A stretch of 64,000 bases of DNA from Candidatus Latescibacterota bacterium (GCA_963422735.1 OY730476.1:1984001-2048000), one strand, 5' to 3'; shown: positions 45,179 to 55,539, counted from the stretch's first letter. Notes: a model not told the origin generated them from the sequence alone. Program-made: numbers and translations.

Positions 45179-45961
45179 CTACGCTCGGCCCGAGGCCATC
45201 TGCTCTTGCAGACGCAGCTTGAGCTGTCGGCGGTCCAGCCCCCGCCAAAAGACCCCGCCAATGGCCAATGAAATGATGCTGTTCTCCTCGGAGACGACGA
45301 TAATCACCGCGTCCGATTCCTGCGATAGACCCAATGCCGCCCGATGTCGGGTTCCCAGCCGCTGGTCTTCGACCTCTTCCGCCAGAGGCAAGGTGCAGCG
45401 AGCCGCCACCAAACGCTCACCTTGAATAACGACGGCTCGGTCGTGCAGCGGGGTGCGCGGGCTGAAGATGGTGGCCAGCAAATCACCCGACACCTCCGAG
45501 TTCAGAGGCACTCCGGTCTCAATGACCGGTCTGATCTGGACTTGGCGCACCAGCACGATCAGTGCCCCGTACCCCAAGTCGGCCAAGCGTCCCACTCCAC
45601 TGACGACCTCGTCGATGATCCGCGATGGCTCGGCCTTGTAAAACCAGCGGAACGCCGGGGTCTGCCCCAAGACTTGGAGGAGCCGCCGCAGCTCGGGCTG
45701 AAAGAGGATGACCAGTAGGATTAGCAAAATGGAGCGCGCCTGCTCCAGCAGCCAAGACAGGGCGTTCATCTTGAGCCAAGGCGCGGCCAAGGCCACGATC
45801 ACCATTAGCAGTAGCCCGGCGACCATGTGCGCTGCTCGGGTCTCCTTGATTAGGGAGAGCAAGCGAAAAAAGATAAAGGCCACCAGCAGGATATCCGCCA
45901 CGGAGGTCAGCGAGACGGGCAGAAAGCCAAAGAGGTGAAACAGGACCGGGTCTTTTAGCAC
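45179..45961 (-). CDS. cdaA: Diadenylate cyclase CdaA (DisA_N domain with N-terminal transmembrane helices)
   Basis: ILFQPELRR, PLHD, LGTRHRAALG, SEE; GTG start overlapping the folP end. Confidence 0.9.
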   Translation of the reverse strand: MLKDPVLFHLFGFLPVSLTSVADILLVAFIFFRLLSLIKETRAAHMVAGLLLMVIVALAAPWLKMNALSWLLEQARSILLILLVILFQPELRRLLQVLGQTPAFRWFYKAEPSRIIDEVVSGVGRLADLGYGALIVLVRQVQIRPVIETGVPLNSEVSGDLLATIFSPRTPLHDRAVVIQGERLVAARCTLPLAEEVEDQRLGTRHRAALGLSQESDAVIIVVSEENSIISLAIGGVFWRGLDRRQLKLRLQEQMASGRA

Positions 45962-46803
45962 GGTACTTGGCCCCGCACGGCCTCGACTAAGCGGACGGCT
46001 CTCAACGTCGCGGCCACGTCGTGGACTCGCAGTACGTGGACGCCCGCCCCGGCGGCCAGAGCTGCAGCAGCCAAGCTGCCCTCCAAGCTCTCGGCTGCCG
46101 AGAGCCCGAGCGTCTTCCATATAAAGGACTTGCGCGAAGCCCCCACCACCAGTGGACGCTCTAAGCCCAAGAAGCACTCTAACGTCCCCAACAAGGCGAG
46201 GTTGCCCTCCGGCGACTTGCCGAACCCCAAGCCTGGATCCACGGCCACGCACTCGACGCCCTGGGCGTGGGCGACGCGTACGCGCTCTTGTAGGAAAGCA
46301 TACACCGTCCCAGGCAAGTCGTCGTAGTGGGTATTCTGCTGCATGGTAGCCGCCGTGCCCCGGCGGTGCATCAGTACCACGGGGGCCTTGGCCTGTGCGG
46401 CGACCTCGGCCATGGCCGGATCGTGCCGCAGGGCACTAATGTCGTTGATAATATCAGCCCCTACCCCAAGGGCCCGGAACGCCACCGCGGCCTTGACCGT
46501 GTCAACCGATATGGGCACAGCGCTCTGGCGGCGGAGGCCCTCGACGATCGGGAGAACCCGAGCGCACTCCTCGGCAACCGAAACGTCTTCGGCGACTCCG
46601 TACATCGGCGGCCGCGACGATTCTCCGCCTATATCGACGATCGCCGCTCCTTCCTCCACCATCTCCAAGCCGCGCTCCACCGCGGCCCTCGGATCGCAGT
46701 AGCAACCCCCGTCGTAAAACGAATCGGGCGTCGCATTGAGGACGCCCATGATCTGCACTTGATCGCCAAAGTGGAGGACGCGGCCTCCCAACTCCCAGAT
46801 CAC
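45955..46803 (-). CDS. folP: Dihydropteroate synthase
   Basis: MGVLNATPDSFYDGG, DIGGESSRP, DPGLGFGK, SRKSF, RVHDV. Confidence 0.95.
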   Translation of the reverse strand: MIWELGGRVLHFGDQVQIMGVLNATPDSFYDGGCYCDPRAAVERGLEMVEEGAAIVDIGGESSRPPMYGVAEDVSVAEECARVLPIVEGLRRQSAVPISVDTVKAAVAFRALGVGADIINDISALRHDPAMAEVAAQAKAPVVLMHRRGTAATMQQNTHYDDLPGTVYAFLQERVRVAHAQGVECVAVDPGLGFGKSPEGNLALLGTLECFLGLERPLVVGASRKSFIWKTLGLSAAESLEGSLAAAALAAGAGVHVLRVHDVAATLRAVRLVEAVRGQVPC

Positions 46804-48737
46804 GCCCCATCCTCGTCAGTCAAGTCGCGCACTGGTTTGCGGGCGAGAGGCTCTCCGGCCAAGACCTGGTCGATCTCCGGGTCGTCGAGGACCTCGTATG
46901 CGAGGAGGGCGCGAGCCAAGGAGTGGAGCTTGTCCTCGTTGTCCCCGAGGATGCGCAGTGCGGCTTCCTCGGCCTCCACCACCAGCTTGCGGATCTCGCG
47001 ATCGACAGCTTGAGCGGTCTCCTCACTCATGTGGGGGCTGCGGACGAATTCCTTGCCGAGGAAGACCTCGTCGTCGCCGCCGCCCAACGAAAGGGGGCCA
47101 ATATCTTCGTTCATGCCCCAATCGCAGACCATCGAACGAGCCAGGCGCGTCACTTGCTGGTAGTCGCCTTGGGCTCCAGTCGAGCGCTCGGCAAAGATCA
47201 ATTTCTCGGCTGCGCAACCGCCCAGTGCCGTGGCCAAGTGCGCCTTTAACCGAGTCTCGGTCAGCGAACGCCGCTCATCGGCCAAAAAGGCTACCATCCC
47301 CATAGCCTGCCCCCGCGGGATGATGGTAGCCTTGCCAATGGCCGGGCCGCCTTTGATGCTCTTGGCGACCAAGGCGTGGCCCGCTTCGTGGTATGCCGAA
47401 AGCCACTGATCCTCTTCGGTCAGGACCATGCTGCGGCGCTCGGCTCCAAGCATCACCTTGTCTTTGGCTGCCTCAAAGTCGCCCATGTCAACGGTCTTGC
47501 GATCGCGCCGCGAAGCCAGCAAGGCCGCTTCGTTGACCAAGTTCTCCAAATCGGCTCCGGAAAGCCCAGGCGTACCCTGCGCCACCTTTTGCAAATTGAC
47601 GTCCGGATCCAGCGGCACTTTGCGCACGTGGACCTTGAGTACGCCCTCCCGACCCCTGACGTCGGGTAGGTCAACCACCACCCGGCGGTCGAAGCGACCG
47701 GGCCGCAAAAGCGCCGGGTCGAGTACGTCTGGGCGATTGGTCGCGGCGATGAGAATGACGCCGTCATTGGACTCAAAGCCGTCCATTTCTACTAGAAGCT
47801 GGTTGAGGGTCTGCTCGCGCTCGTCGTGGCCGCCGCCAATGCCCGCACCTCGGTGGCGGCCCACCGCGTCGATCTCATCGACGAAAATTAGGCACGGGGC
47901 ATTGGCCTTGCCCTGTCCAAAGAGATCGCGCACGCGCGAAGCCCCAACGCCGACGAACATCTCGACGAAGTCCGAACCGCTAATCGAAAAGAAGGGCACA
48001 CCCGCTTCGCCGGCTACCGCACGCGCCAAGTGCGTCTTGCCCGTACCCGGCGGCCCGACCATCAAGACGCCCTTGGGAATCCGCCCGCCGAGACGCTGAA
48101 ACCGGTGCGGATCCTTGAGAAATTCAATGATCTCCTCCAGCTCTTTCTTGGCCTCGTCGGCCCCGGCCACGTCGGCAAAGGTAGTCTTGTGCTTATCTTC
48201 CAACAGGAGCTTGGCCCGACTTTTGCCAAAGGAAAACAGCCCGCGCGCGCCGCCCTGCATCTGCCGCAACATGAATATCCAGAAGGCGATAAACAGCAGC
48301 CACGGCAAAAAGCTGAAGAGGAAATTGTACCACCGGAATGGTTCTTCCTCAAAGCGAAAATCGACCCCTTTTTCCTCCCACTCGCGCCTGGTCTCCGCGT
48401 CTATTGGACCCAAGTTGACCACAAAGCGGGTCCGGTCGTGCAAGACGCCCTCGAACTCGCGCTCGCCGACAATGACGGCCTCGGCGATGCGGCCCTCCTC
48501 CAAGTATTGGCGGTATTCCTTGTAGGAAACGAGCTGAGGCTCGGAGGGTTTGCTGCTAAAGAATTTGGCGGCGAAAATCATAACCAACACGAAGAAGAGC
48601 CAAAACGCCTGAGTGCGCGAAGGGCGGCGCCAGCGGCGCGGCTTGTCTTCGCCATCGGTCTGCTGGCGATCCGGTTCGCGTTCGTCCCTAAGGCGCGTGG
48701 GGCGCTCCTCCTCGGCCTGCTTTTTTCGTCCCTCCAT
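46800..48737 (-). CDS. ftsH: ATP-dependent zinc metalloprotease FtsH
   Basis: Two transmembrane helices, [28 protein letters not shown]. Confidence 0.97.
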   Translation of the reverse strand: MEGRKKQAEEERPTRLRDEREPDRQQTDGEDKPRRWRRPSRTQAFWLFFVLVMIFAAKFFSSKPSEPQLVSYKEYRQYLEEGRIAEAVIVGEREFEGVLHDRTRFVVNLGPIDAETRREWEEKGVDFRFEEEPFRWYNFLFSFLPWLLFIAFWIFMLRQMQGGARGLFSFGKSRAKLLLEDKHKTTFADVAGADEAKKELEEIIEFLKDPHRFQRLGGRIPKGVLMVGPPGTGKTHLARAVAGEAGVPFFSISGSDFVEMFVGVGASRVRDLFGQGKANAPCLIFVDEIDAVGRHRGAGIGGGHDEREQTLNQLLVEMDGFESNDGVILIAATNRPDVLDPALLRPGRFDRRVVVDLPDVRGREGVLKVHVRKVPLDPDVNLQKVAQGTPGLSGADLENLVNEAALLASRRDRKTVDMGDFEAAKDKVMLGAERRSMVLTEEDQWLSAYHEAGHALVAKSIKGGPAIGKATIIPRGQAMGMVAFLADERRSLTETRLKAHLATALGGCAAEKLIFAERSTGAQGDYQQVTRLARSMVCDWGMNEDIGPLSLGGGDDEVFLGKEFVRSPHMSEETAQAVDREIRKLVVEAEEAALRILGDNEDKLHSLARALLAYEVLDDPEIDQVLAGEPLARKPVRDLTDEDGA

Positions 48738-48754
48738 GACAGATGCTCTAGGTC

Positions 48755-50128
48755 TCAGTCGCCGTCCCAACGCCTCAGCGTACACAAGGCGATGCGGCTC
48801 GTAGTGGATTTTATTCTGAAGGCATGACTAGAACGAAGGGGCGCGACCCAAGCTATTTTCTCTCCCCGGGTCAGCACCAGCACTTCGTCGCGCGAGATTT
48901 TCGGCCACTTGGCGTCGATGAGAAAGTCGCTCAGTTTTTTGTGCCCTTCCATGCCCAGTGGCTGGAAACGATCGCCCGGCCGCAGGCTGCGCACTTGCAC
49001 CCGCTCGCCGAGGCGATTCGCGTCTAAAGCCACCTGCGCACCTCCTAGCTGGGCCTTGTCGAAGTACTTCGGCGAGACGATTTGGACGCGGATTTCCGCA
49101 CCGTGCTCTCTTAGCACCAGCGCGCCGGGTATGTCGAAGCCGCACACAACCGGCGGCCGCTGCCCGCGACGTAGGATATAGCGCGTGCCACAGCCCTGCC
49201 CCCTCAGCCCAGCACCCAACACCCGCAGGCACTTGTCGCCGGCCCCAATCCAGCCCCGCACTCGCTCGACGCGGACAAAATCAAAAGGACCATCTGTGGC
49301 GGCGAGGCCCTGGAGCGCGGCGCGCAGTACGCGCCTTTGTACGGCTATATGATAAGCGAGAAGCCTAGTACTATCAAGGGCTACCTTGTCGTTACAACGC
49401 TCACAAACCACTGTATCTAAAGCCTCTTGGGTTAGCTCGGCGATCAGGTTGTCCTCGGCTTTGAGAAGCGCGGCCGTGCGATTTAGAACCTCGGCGATGT
49501 TAGGGTTATAGCTCTTGAGCAAGGGCATTAGTTGCCCACGCACCCGATTGCGCAAAAATCGCGGGTCTCGGTTGGAGGGATCCTCTCGGTAGCGCAAGCC
49601 CCGCTGGTGTGCGTATTTTTCAATCTCAGCGCGCCGCACGCGCAGCAGCGGCCGCAGATAGCGGCCCTCGCGCACAATCTCCATCCCCCCTAAGCCGGTG
49701 GCACCGCTACCGCGCAACAGGCGCAAGATCACGGTCTCGGCTTGGTCGTCGGCGTGGTGCCCCAAGATGATGAATTCGGCCCCGACCCGGTCGGCGACTT
49801 GGTCGAGAAAGGCGTAGCGCTGCCGCCGACCCGCTTCCTCCAGCGACAGACCCTCGGTTCGGGCGTAAGTCCTCACGTCGCGCCGCTCTAGCGAACAGGG
49901 CAACCCGCGCCGCTTTGTCTCGCCGGCGACAAAGCGGCTGTCGGCCGCCGAATCCGGCCGCAGCGCGTGGTCCAAGTGCGCCACGTGCAACCGGTGCCCT
50001 AGGCCATCCAAGACATCGAGCAGCACGGTCGAATCGACGCCACCCGATGCGGCGACGACTACGCCAGCACCTGCCTCTAATCCTGCCTCCTGTAGCACTT
50101 GCCACACACTGGCGACTATCGCTTCCAT
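48755..50128 (-). CDS. tilS: tRNA(Ile)-lysidine synthetase
   Basis: SGGVDS, HHADDQAET, DPSN...RNRVR, KKLSDFLID. Confidence 0.95.
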   Translation of the reverse strand: MEAIVASVWQVLQEAGLEAGAGVVVAASGGVDSTVLLDVLDGLGHRLHVAHLDHALRPDSAADSRFVAGETKRRGLPCSLERRDVRTYARTEGLSLEEAGRRQRYAFLDQVADRVGAEFIILGHHADDQAETVILRLLRGSGATGLGGMEIVREGRYLRPLLRVRRAEIEKYAHQRGLRYREDPSNRDPRFLRNRVRGQLMPLLKSYNPNIAEVLNRTAALLKAEDNLIAELTQEALDTVVCERCNDKVALDSTRLLAYHIAVQRRVLRAALQGLAATDGPFDFVRVERVRGWIGAGDKCLRVLGAGLRGQGCGTRYILRRGQRPPVVCGFDIPGALVLREHGAEIRVQIVSPKYFDKAQLGGAQVALDANRLGERVQVRSLRPGDRFQPLGMEGHKKLSDFLIDAKWPKISRDEVLVLTRGEKIAWVAPLRSSHAFRIKSTTSRIALCTLRRWDGD

Positions 50129-50209
50129 GGCCGTCGTTCCCGTGGCGCGAAAACAGAAAATTCTCCTGAGCAAGTAATGGAGAGGGCAAATTAGACGAAG
50201 AGGTGCCCC

Positions 50210-50242
50210 TTGACAAATGAACTAATGTGCAGTATATATAAT
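50210..50242 (+). promoter_or_regulatory. lexA promoter with candidate SOS box TGAAC-N4-GTGCA (50218-50231)
   Basis: TTGACA at 50210; TATATA/TATAAT at 50233-50242; imperfect palindrome lies between them. Confidence 0.6.
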
Positions 50243-50288
50243 TTCAGGTTTGCTTTCACTTTTCCTCCCCAGTTATGGAGGTACACTC

Positions 50289-50915
50289 ATGCCCAAACCC
50301 CTAACCGAGCGCCAACAGGCGATTTACGACTTCATCGCTGATGCAATCCGCTCTGGGGGCCCCCCCACTATCCGCGAGATCATGGATGTCTTTGACATCA
50401 ACTCCACCAATGGCGTCCGCACCACCTTGGAGGCTTTAGAAAAAAAAGGCTACATCCGCCGCCGGGCGCGCCGTTCCCGGGGCATAGAGCTCGTCGATTA
50501 CGTCAGGCCCGCCTCCCTTTCCACCGACCTGCGCGAAGTGCCCCTAATTGGCCGGGTCGCCGCGGGCACTCCCATCCTGGCTACTCAAAACATCGAGAAC
50601 ACGCTCAACGTCGATGCATCGCTCGTTCCCGCTTCGGGCGATGTCTTCGCGCTGCGCATCCACGGCGAGAGCATGTGCAACGCCGGGATTCTCGACGGCG
50701 ACATCGTCATAGCCCGCCAGCAAGACCGCGCCGAGCACGGCGATATAGTCGTCGCGCTGCTCGACGATGAAGCCACGATCAAGCGCTATGCACCCGAATC
50801 CGACGGCATCCGGCTCCTGCCTGAAAACGAGGCGTTCGACCCCATCGTCGTCCCGCCCAACGCCGACGGGTTCAGCATCGCTGGCAAAGTAGTGGGCCTC
50901 ATGCGCCGCTTTTAG
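50289..50915 (+). CDS. lexA: SOS transcriptional repressor LexA
   Basis: LTERQ, PPTIREI, LEKKGYI, VAAG cleavage site, GESM serine, TIKR lysine. Confidence 0.95.
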   Translation: MPKPLTERQQAIYDFIADAIRSGGPPTIREIMDVFDINSTNGVRTTLEALEKKGYIRRRARRSRGIELVDYVRPASLSTDLREVPLIGRVAAGTPILATQNIENTLNVDASLVPASGDVFALRIHGESMCNAGILDGDIVIARQQDRAEHGDIVVALLDDEATIKRYAPESDGIRLLPENEAFDPIVVPPNADGFSIAGKVVGLMRRF

Positions 50916-50925
50916 GTGTGCTTAG

Positions 50926-52254
50926 GTGGATGCTGCTTTGCGGCGCGCCCACGCACGCGCCATTTTTGACGCCGGGGTCGCGGCTGCCGATCCCGGCCAT
51001 TGCGTCCACCAAGCCCTCGCGGTCGCAGGCGATAAGTTGCGCTGTGGTCCACTTTACTTCCCCCTCGATACCATTTCCAGCCTGCGCCTAGTCGGTGCTG
51101 GCAAGGCCACCGCGGCTATGGCCGCGGCCGCTGAAGCAATCCTCGGCGACCGCATTGAGTGTGGGGCCATCAACACCAAGTACGGCCACGCGCTGCCGTT
51201 GGCGCGAGTCGAGACTTTTGAAGCCGGGCATCCGGTCCCGGACGAAGCCGGCGTGGCTGGTGCGCGACGCCAGCTTTCACTGTTGGCGAACTTGGATCCC
51301 AACGCGCTGGTCCTTGGCCTCTTCTCCGGCGGGGGCTCGGCCCTGCTGCCCGCCCCAGCCGAGGGCCTGACCCTCGCAGAAAAGCAAGAAACCACTCGCC
51401 TCCTGCTCGCCTGCGGCGCGACCATCAACGAAATCAACGCCCTGCGCAAACACCTCTCAGCCATCAAGGGCGGGATCCTCGCCCGCGCGGCCGCGCCCGC
51501 CCGCACGGCCGCCCTCATGCTCTCGGACGTCATCGGCGATCCCCTCGACACCATTGCCTCCGGCCCGACCCACCCAGACGCCACGACCTTTGGTGATTGC
51601 CTGGCGATAGTCGATCGCTACGACCTGCGCCACCAGCTTCCCGCCCCAGTCCGTCAGCACCTCGAAGCCGGTGCCCGAGGGGAGCGGCCGGAAACCCCCA
51701 AACCCGGGGATTCCTGCTTTGCCCGCGCCGAAAGTTTGGTCATTGGCAACAGCCGCTTGGCCATTGACGCGGCCGCGCACAAAGCCAGCGCGCTAGGCTA
51801 CGAGGTGCTCGTCCTCACCAGTCGCTTACAGGGCGAGGCGCGCCATGCCGCCGCCGCATTGGTCTCCATCGCCCAAGAAACCGCAGAGACCAACTGTCCC
51901 ATCGCTCGGCCCGCCTGTCTCATCGCCGGCGGCGAGACGACCGTCACCCTCCGCTACAATGGCAAGGGCGGGCGCAACCAAGAATTGGCCTTAGCCGCGG
52001 CCCTGCAACTCGACGGTTGGCCTGCCATCACCCTGCTGTCCGGCGGCACCGATGGCACCGACGGCCCCACCGATGCCGCCGGTGCCCTAGCCGATGGCCA
52101 GACCTTGAGCCGCGCCCGCGCCCAAGGTCTCGACGCCCGTGCCTTTCTCGATCGCCACGACTCCTATCGCTTCTTCGCGGCGTTGGACGACCTCGTCATT
52201 ACGGGCCCTACGGGCACCAACGTCATGGATCTGCAAATCGTCCTCATATCCTGA
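50926..52254 (+). CDS. Glycerate kinase (MOFRL/TtuD type)
   Basis: GAGKA, GHPVPD, SGGGSAL, GGETTV, GGRNQE, GTDGTDG, TGTNVMD. Confidence 0.92.
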   Translation: MDAALRRAHARAIFDAGVAAADPGHCVHQALAVAGDKLRCGPLYFPLDTISSLRLVGAGKATAAMAAAAEAILGDRIECGAINTKYGHALPLARVETFEAGHPVPDEAGVAGARRQLSLLANLDPNALVLGLFSGGGSALLPAPAEGLTLAEKQETTRLLLACGATINEINALRKHLSAIKGGILARAAAPARTAALMLSDVIGDPLDTIASGPTHPDATTFGDCLAIVDRYDLRHQLPAPVRQHLEAGARGERPETPKPGDSCFARAESLVIGNSRLAIDAAAHKASALGYEVLVLTSRLQGEARHAAAALVSIAQETAETNCPIARPACLIAGGETTVTLRYNGKGGRNQELALAAALQLDGWPAITLLSGGTDGTDGPTDAAGALADGQTLSRARAQGLDARAFLDRHDSYRFFAALDDLVITGPTGTNVMDLQIVLIS

Positions 52255-52293
52255 AGATCGCCCCCTTTGCGGGAGGTGATGCAGTAAGCCGAT

Positions 52294-52322
52294 TTGACAC
52301 TCCGCCACCCTTCCGCTAGCTT
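52294..52322 (+). promoter_or_regulatory. Putative sigma70 promoter of the porV-like/era/purD genes
   Basis: TTGACA-N17-TAGCTT, 10 nt before the ATG at 52333. Confidence 0.55.
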
Positions 52323-52332
52323 TTTACAACCC

Positions 52333-53259
52333 ATGCCCAAGAGCCTTCTTCCGCTTACATTGGCCCTGTTGCTGACCGGGGCTGCACACGCCGCCTCGCG
52401 CTACGCTGGCGAGTTCCTCGGCTTGGGCGCGGGTGCCCGCTCTGCGGCCTTGGGCAGCGCCTATGTGGCCCTTGCAGACGACGCCACCGCGGGCTATTGG
52501 AATGCGGCCGGCCTATCCGCCCTCAGCAGTCGCCAAGCGCTCCTGACGCATGCTGAACACTTCTCTGGCCTCATTCAGCGCGATTTTGTCGCCGTCGCCC
52601 GGCCGGGCCGCCTCTTGCACGGTATGGCCCTGAGCTTAGTGCGCATGGGCATTGGCGACATCCATTTTACCGAACTGCCAGATCCCCTCCAGCCTCCAAG
52701 CACCGACAACCGTCCTCGCATCGCCTCGACCGAGCAAAGCGTGGATTACGCCCTGTATCTGTCGGGCAGTCGCCGACTCGGTGCGCGCCTATCCCTCGGG
52801 CTAAGCACCAAGGCCATTTACCGCCACGTCGCCTCCATCAACGCCTACGGCTTCGGCCTAGACCTAGGCGCACGCTACCAATTGAGCGACCAAATCGCGA
52901 TAGCGGCGAACGTGCGCGACATTACCACCACGCCCATCGTCTGGAATACGGACAGCACCGACCGCATTCAGCCCTCGCTGCTGTTGGGCGTAGCGTACGC
53001 CATACCCATGGCCAGGGGCCAAACCACCGCCCTCCTAGCCACCCATTCCGGCGGCGACACTGCGACCGCCGACGTCCCGCTCAACGCCGGGCTAGAATAC
53101 CGCCACCATTATATCGCCCTGCGGGCCGGGCTAGAGGAAGGCCGCCAGTCCTTTGGGCTAGGGCTTACCCCCCACCGCAACCTCGATCTCGACCTCGCCT
53201 ATTTGCAGCACGATGCGCTCGAAGCAACCTACCAGTTGTCCGCCAGCTTCTGCTTCTGA
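52333..53259 (+). CDS. PorV/PorQ-family (FadL-like) outer-membrane barrel
   Basis: FLGLGAGARSAALGSAYVALADDATAGYWNAAGL N-terminal signature; GFGLDLG; terminal Phe. Confidence 0.8.
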   Translation: MPKSLLPLTLALLLTGAAHAASRYAGEFLGLGAGARSAALGSAYVALADDATAGYWNAAGLSALSSRQALLTHAEHFSGLIQRDFVAVARPGRLLHGMALSLVRMGIGDIHFTELPDPLQPPSTDNRPRIASTEQSVDYALYLSGSRRLGARLSLGLSTKAIYRHVASINAYGFGLDLGARYQLSDQIAIAANVRDITTTPIVWNTDSTDRIQPSLLLGVAYAIPMARGQTTALLATHSGGDTATADVPLNAGLEYRHHYIALRAGLEEGRQSFGLGLTPHRNLDLDLAYLQHDALEATYQLSASFCF

Positions 53260-54139
53260 GCAACCCCGCGTCGGCTACGTAGCCTTAGCTGGTCGCCCCA
53301 ACGCGGGTAAATCTACCCTCTTCAACGCCTTCTTGGGCCAGCGGCTCTCCATCGTCACCGCCAAACCGCAGACGACTCGCAGCCGCATCCTCGGCATCCT
53401 CACTCGTCCACAGAGCCAAGTGATTTTCTTAGACACGCCGGGCCTGCTCAACGCCTCCTACAAGCTACACGAGACCATGGCGCACCAGATCGACCAAGCC
53501 GTCCGCCAAGCCGACCTCGTCTTGCTGCTGTTCGACGCCTCCCGTCCCAAAGATCGCGGTGCGCTAGTGAAGCACTTCATAGCGCACACACGGGCACCAG
53601 TCTTGGCCGCGCTCAACAAGATCGATCTAGTACAACCCACCCAGCTAGACGCCTTGCAAAAAAGCCTCGCGGACGAGTTCGGCATCTCAAGCCCTATCCC
53701 GGTCTCCGCCCGGCGCGGCGACGGACTCGGCAAATTGCTGTCGTGCTTAGAGGCCCAGCTACCCTGCGGCCCCAAGCTCTACCCGGACGACATGGTAGCC
53801 GAACAGCCCGAACGGTTTTTTGCCGCCGAACGCATCCGCGAGGTAGCTTTTGAGCACCTTGAGGACGAGCTACCCTACGCCATCAACATCCACATCGAGG
53901 AATTCCGCCAGCGCCCAGGCCACAAAACCTACATTCGCGCCATTATCTACGTCGGGCGCGAGAGCCAGAAGGGCATCGTCATCGGCAAGAAGGGGATGCG
54001 CCTGCGGTCCATCGGACGCCAAGCCCGCGCTGCCTTAGAGGAACTACTCGAAGCGCCTGTCTATGTAGAACTATGGGTAAAAGTCCGCCCAGACTGGCGC
54101 GACAAAGAGCGCGATTTGCGAGAATTTGGGTATCTCTGA
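53213..54139 (+). CDS. era: GTPase Era
   Basis: GRPNAGKST, KPQTTR, DTPG, NKID, KH domain GIVIGKKG; exact start uncertain. Confidence 0.93.
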   Translation: MRSKQPTSCPPASASEQPRVGYVALAGRPNAGKSTLFNAFLGQRLSIVTAKPQTTRSRILGILTRPQSQVIFLDTPGLLNASYKLHETMAHQIDQAVRQADLVLLLFDASRPKDRGALVKHFIAHTRAPVLAALNKIDLVQPTQLDALQKSLADEFGISSPIPVSARRGDGLGKLLSCLEAQLPCGPKLYPDDMVAEQPERFFAAERIREVAFEHLEDELPYAINIHIEEFRQRPGHKTYIRAIIYVGRESQKGIVIGKKGMRLRSIGRQARAALEELLEAPVYVELWVKVRPDWRDKERDLREFGYL

Positions 54140-54158
54140 GCCTCAGAAAGGAACGCCA

Positions 54159-55460
54159 ATGAACATCCTAGTCGTCGGCAAGGGAGGGCGCGAACACGCC
54201 CTCGTGTGGAAGCTGGCGCAGAGCCAGCGCATCGACAAACTCTACGTCGCCCCCGGCAATCCCGGCATGGCCTCCCTCGCTGAATGCGTCGATATCCGCG
54301 TTGACACGCCCGTGGCTGAACGCGAAAAACTCGTCGGCGAAATCGAGCGCCTAGTCGCCTTTGCTCACGAGCGGCAAATCGGGCTGACCGTCGTCGGCCC
54401 AGACGACGCCCTAGCCGGCGGCATAGTCGATCGCTTCCGCGCCAGCGGCCTGGCGATCTTTGGCCCTACTGAGGCCGCCGCCCGCATCGAAAGCAGCAAG
54501 GTCTTCGCCAAGGAGCTAATGCAGCGCGTCGGCGTCCCCACCGCCCGGCACCATAGCTTCACCGATAGCCAAGCCGCCAGTGCCTATATCCGCGCCCAAG
54601 GGGCCCCGATCGTGGTCAAGGCCAGCGGCCTAGCCGCCGGCAAGGGCGCGGTCGTCTGCGAGAGTGTAGATCAAGCTCTCGCAGCAGCGCACGAAATGCT
54701 CAACGAAAACATTTTAGGCGGGGCCGGCCACCATATCGTCGTCGAGGAATACATGGCCGGCGAGGAAGCCTCGCTCTTTGCAATCTGCGATGGCGAACAT
54801 TTTATCACTCTGACGCCCGCCCAAGACTACAAAGCTATCTACGACGGAGACAAAGGCCCCAACACCGGCGGCATGGGGGCCTATGCGCCGGCACCTGTGA
54901 TGACGCCCGCCTTAGTGCGCGAGGCTGAGGAGCGAATCATCCGACCCGTGCTGGCCGAAATGCGCCGGCTGGGCACCCCGTACCAAGGTGTGCTTTACTG
55001 CGGGCTGATGCGTACCGAAGCGGGCGTTAAAGTCGTAGAGTTCAATGCCCGCTTCGGCGACCCCGAATGCCAGATTCTCATGCCCCTCCTCAAAACCGAC
55101 CTCGTCGATTTGCTCATTGCCGCCTGCGACGGCCGCTTAGACCAGGTGCAAGTCGAATGCGCCCCTCGGGCGGCCGTCTGCGTGGTCATGGCCTCGGACG
55201 GTTATCCGCAAGCCTATGAGAAGGGCTTTGAGATCCGCGGCTTGGAAACCTTTGCTGACCGCGACGATATCCTCGTCTTTCACGCCGGCACGGCCCAGCG
55301 CGACGGTCGCTTCATTACGGATGGCGGCCGGGTGCTCTGCGTGACGGCCACGGGCACCGATATCCAAGCCGCCGTCGCCAAAGCCTACTCGGCAGTCGAT
55401 CAGATCGCCTTCGACAACTCCTATTGCCGCCGCGACATCGCCTATCGCGCCCTAAGATAG
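54159..55460 (+). CDS. purD: Phosphoribosylamine-glycine ligase
   Basis: GGREHAL, GLAAGKG, GPNTGGMG, EFNARFGDPE, GGRVL. Confidence 0.96.
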   Translation: MNILVVGKGGREHALVWKLAQSQRIDKLYVAPGNPGMASLAECVDIRVDTPVAEREKLVGEIERLVAFAHERQIGLTVVGPDDALAGGIVDRFRASGLAIFGPTEAAARIESSKVFAKELMQRVGVPTARHHSFTDSQAASAYIRAQGAPIVVKASGLAAGKGAVVCESVDQALAAAHEMLNENILGGAGHHIVVEEYMAGEEASLFAICDGEHFITLTPAQDYKAIYDGDKGPNTGGMGAYAPAPVMTPALVREAEERIIRPVLAEMRRLGTPYQGVLYCGLMRTEAGVKVVEFNARFGDPECQILMPLLKTDLVDLLIAACDGRLDQVQVECAPRAAVCVVMASDGYPQAYEKGFEIRGLETFADRDDILVFHAGTAQRDGRFITDGGRVLCVTATGTDIQAAVAKAYSAVDQIAFDNSYCRRDIAYRALR

Positions 55461-55464
55461 GGGT

Positions 55465-55539
55465 CGGTGGTCAGTGGCCAGAGACCAGCCCCAGCACCAC
55501 GCCCGGTGGCCGGGACGGGGGACTGATCACTGGCCACCG
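55465..55539 (+). repeat. Intergenic stem-loop built from 7-nt periodic units
   Basis: CGGTGGTCAGTGGCCAG (55465-55481) pairs with CTGATCACTGGCCACCG (55523-55539); inner CCCGG-TGG-CCGGG hairpin. Confidence 0.7.

Noticed and set aside
52257-52280. Hairpin after the glycerate kinase gene
   Set aside because: Imperfect stem without a U-tract; too weak to call a terminator.
54290-54345. Short insertion in PurD (VDTPVAEREKLVGE)
   Set aside because: No palindrome or repeat in the DNA; probably an ordinary loop variation.
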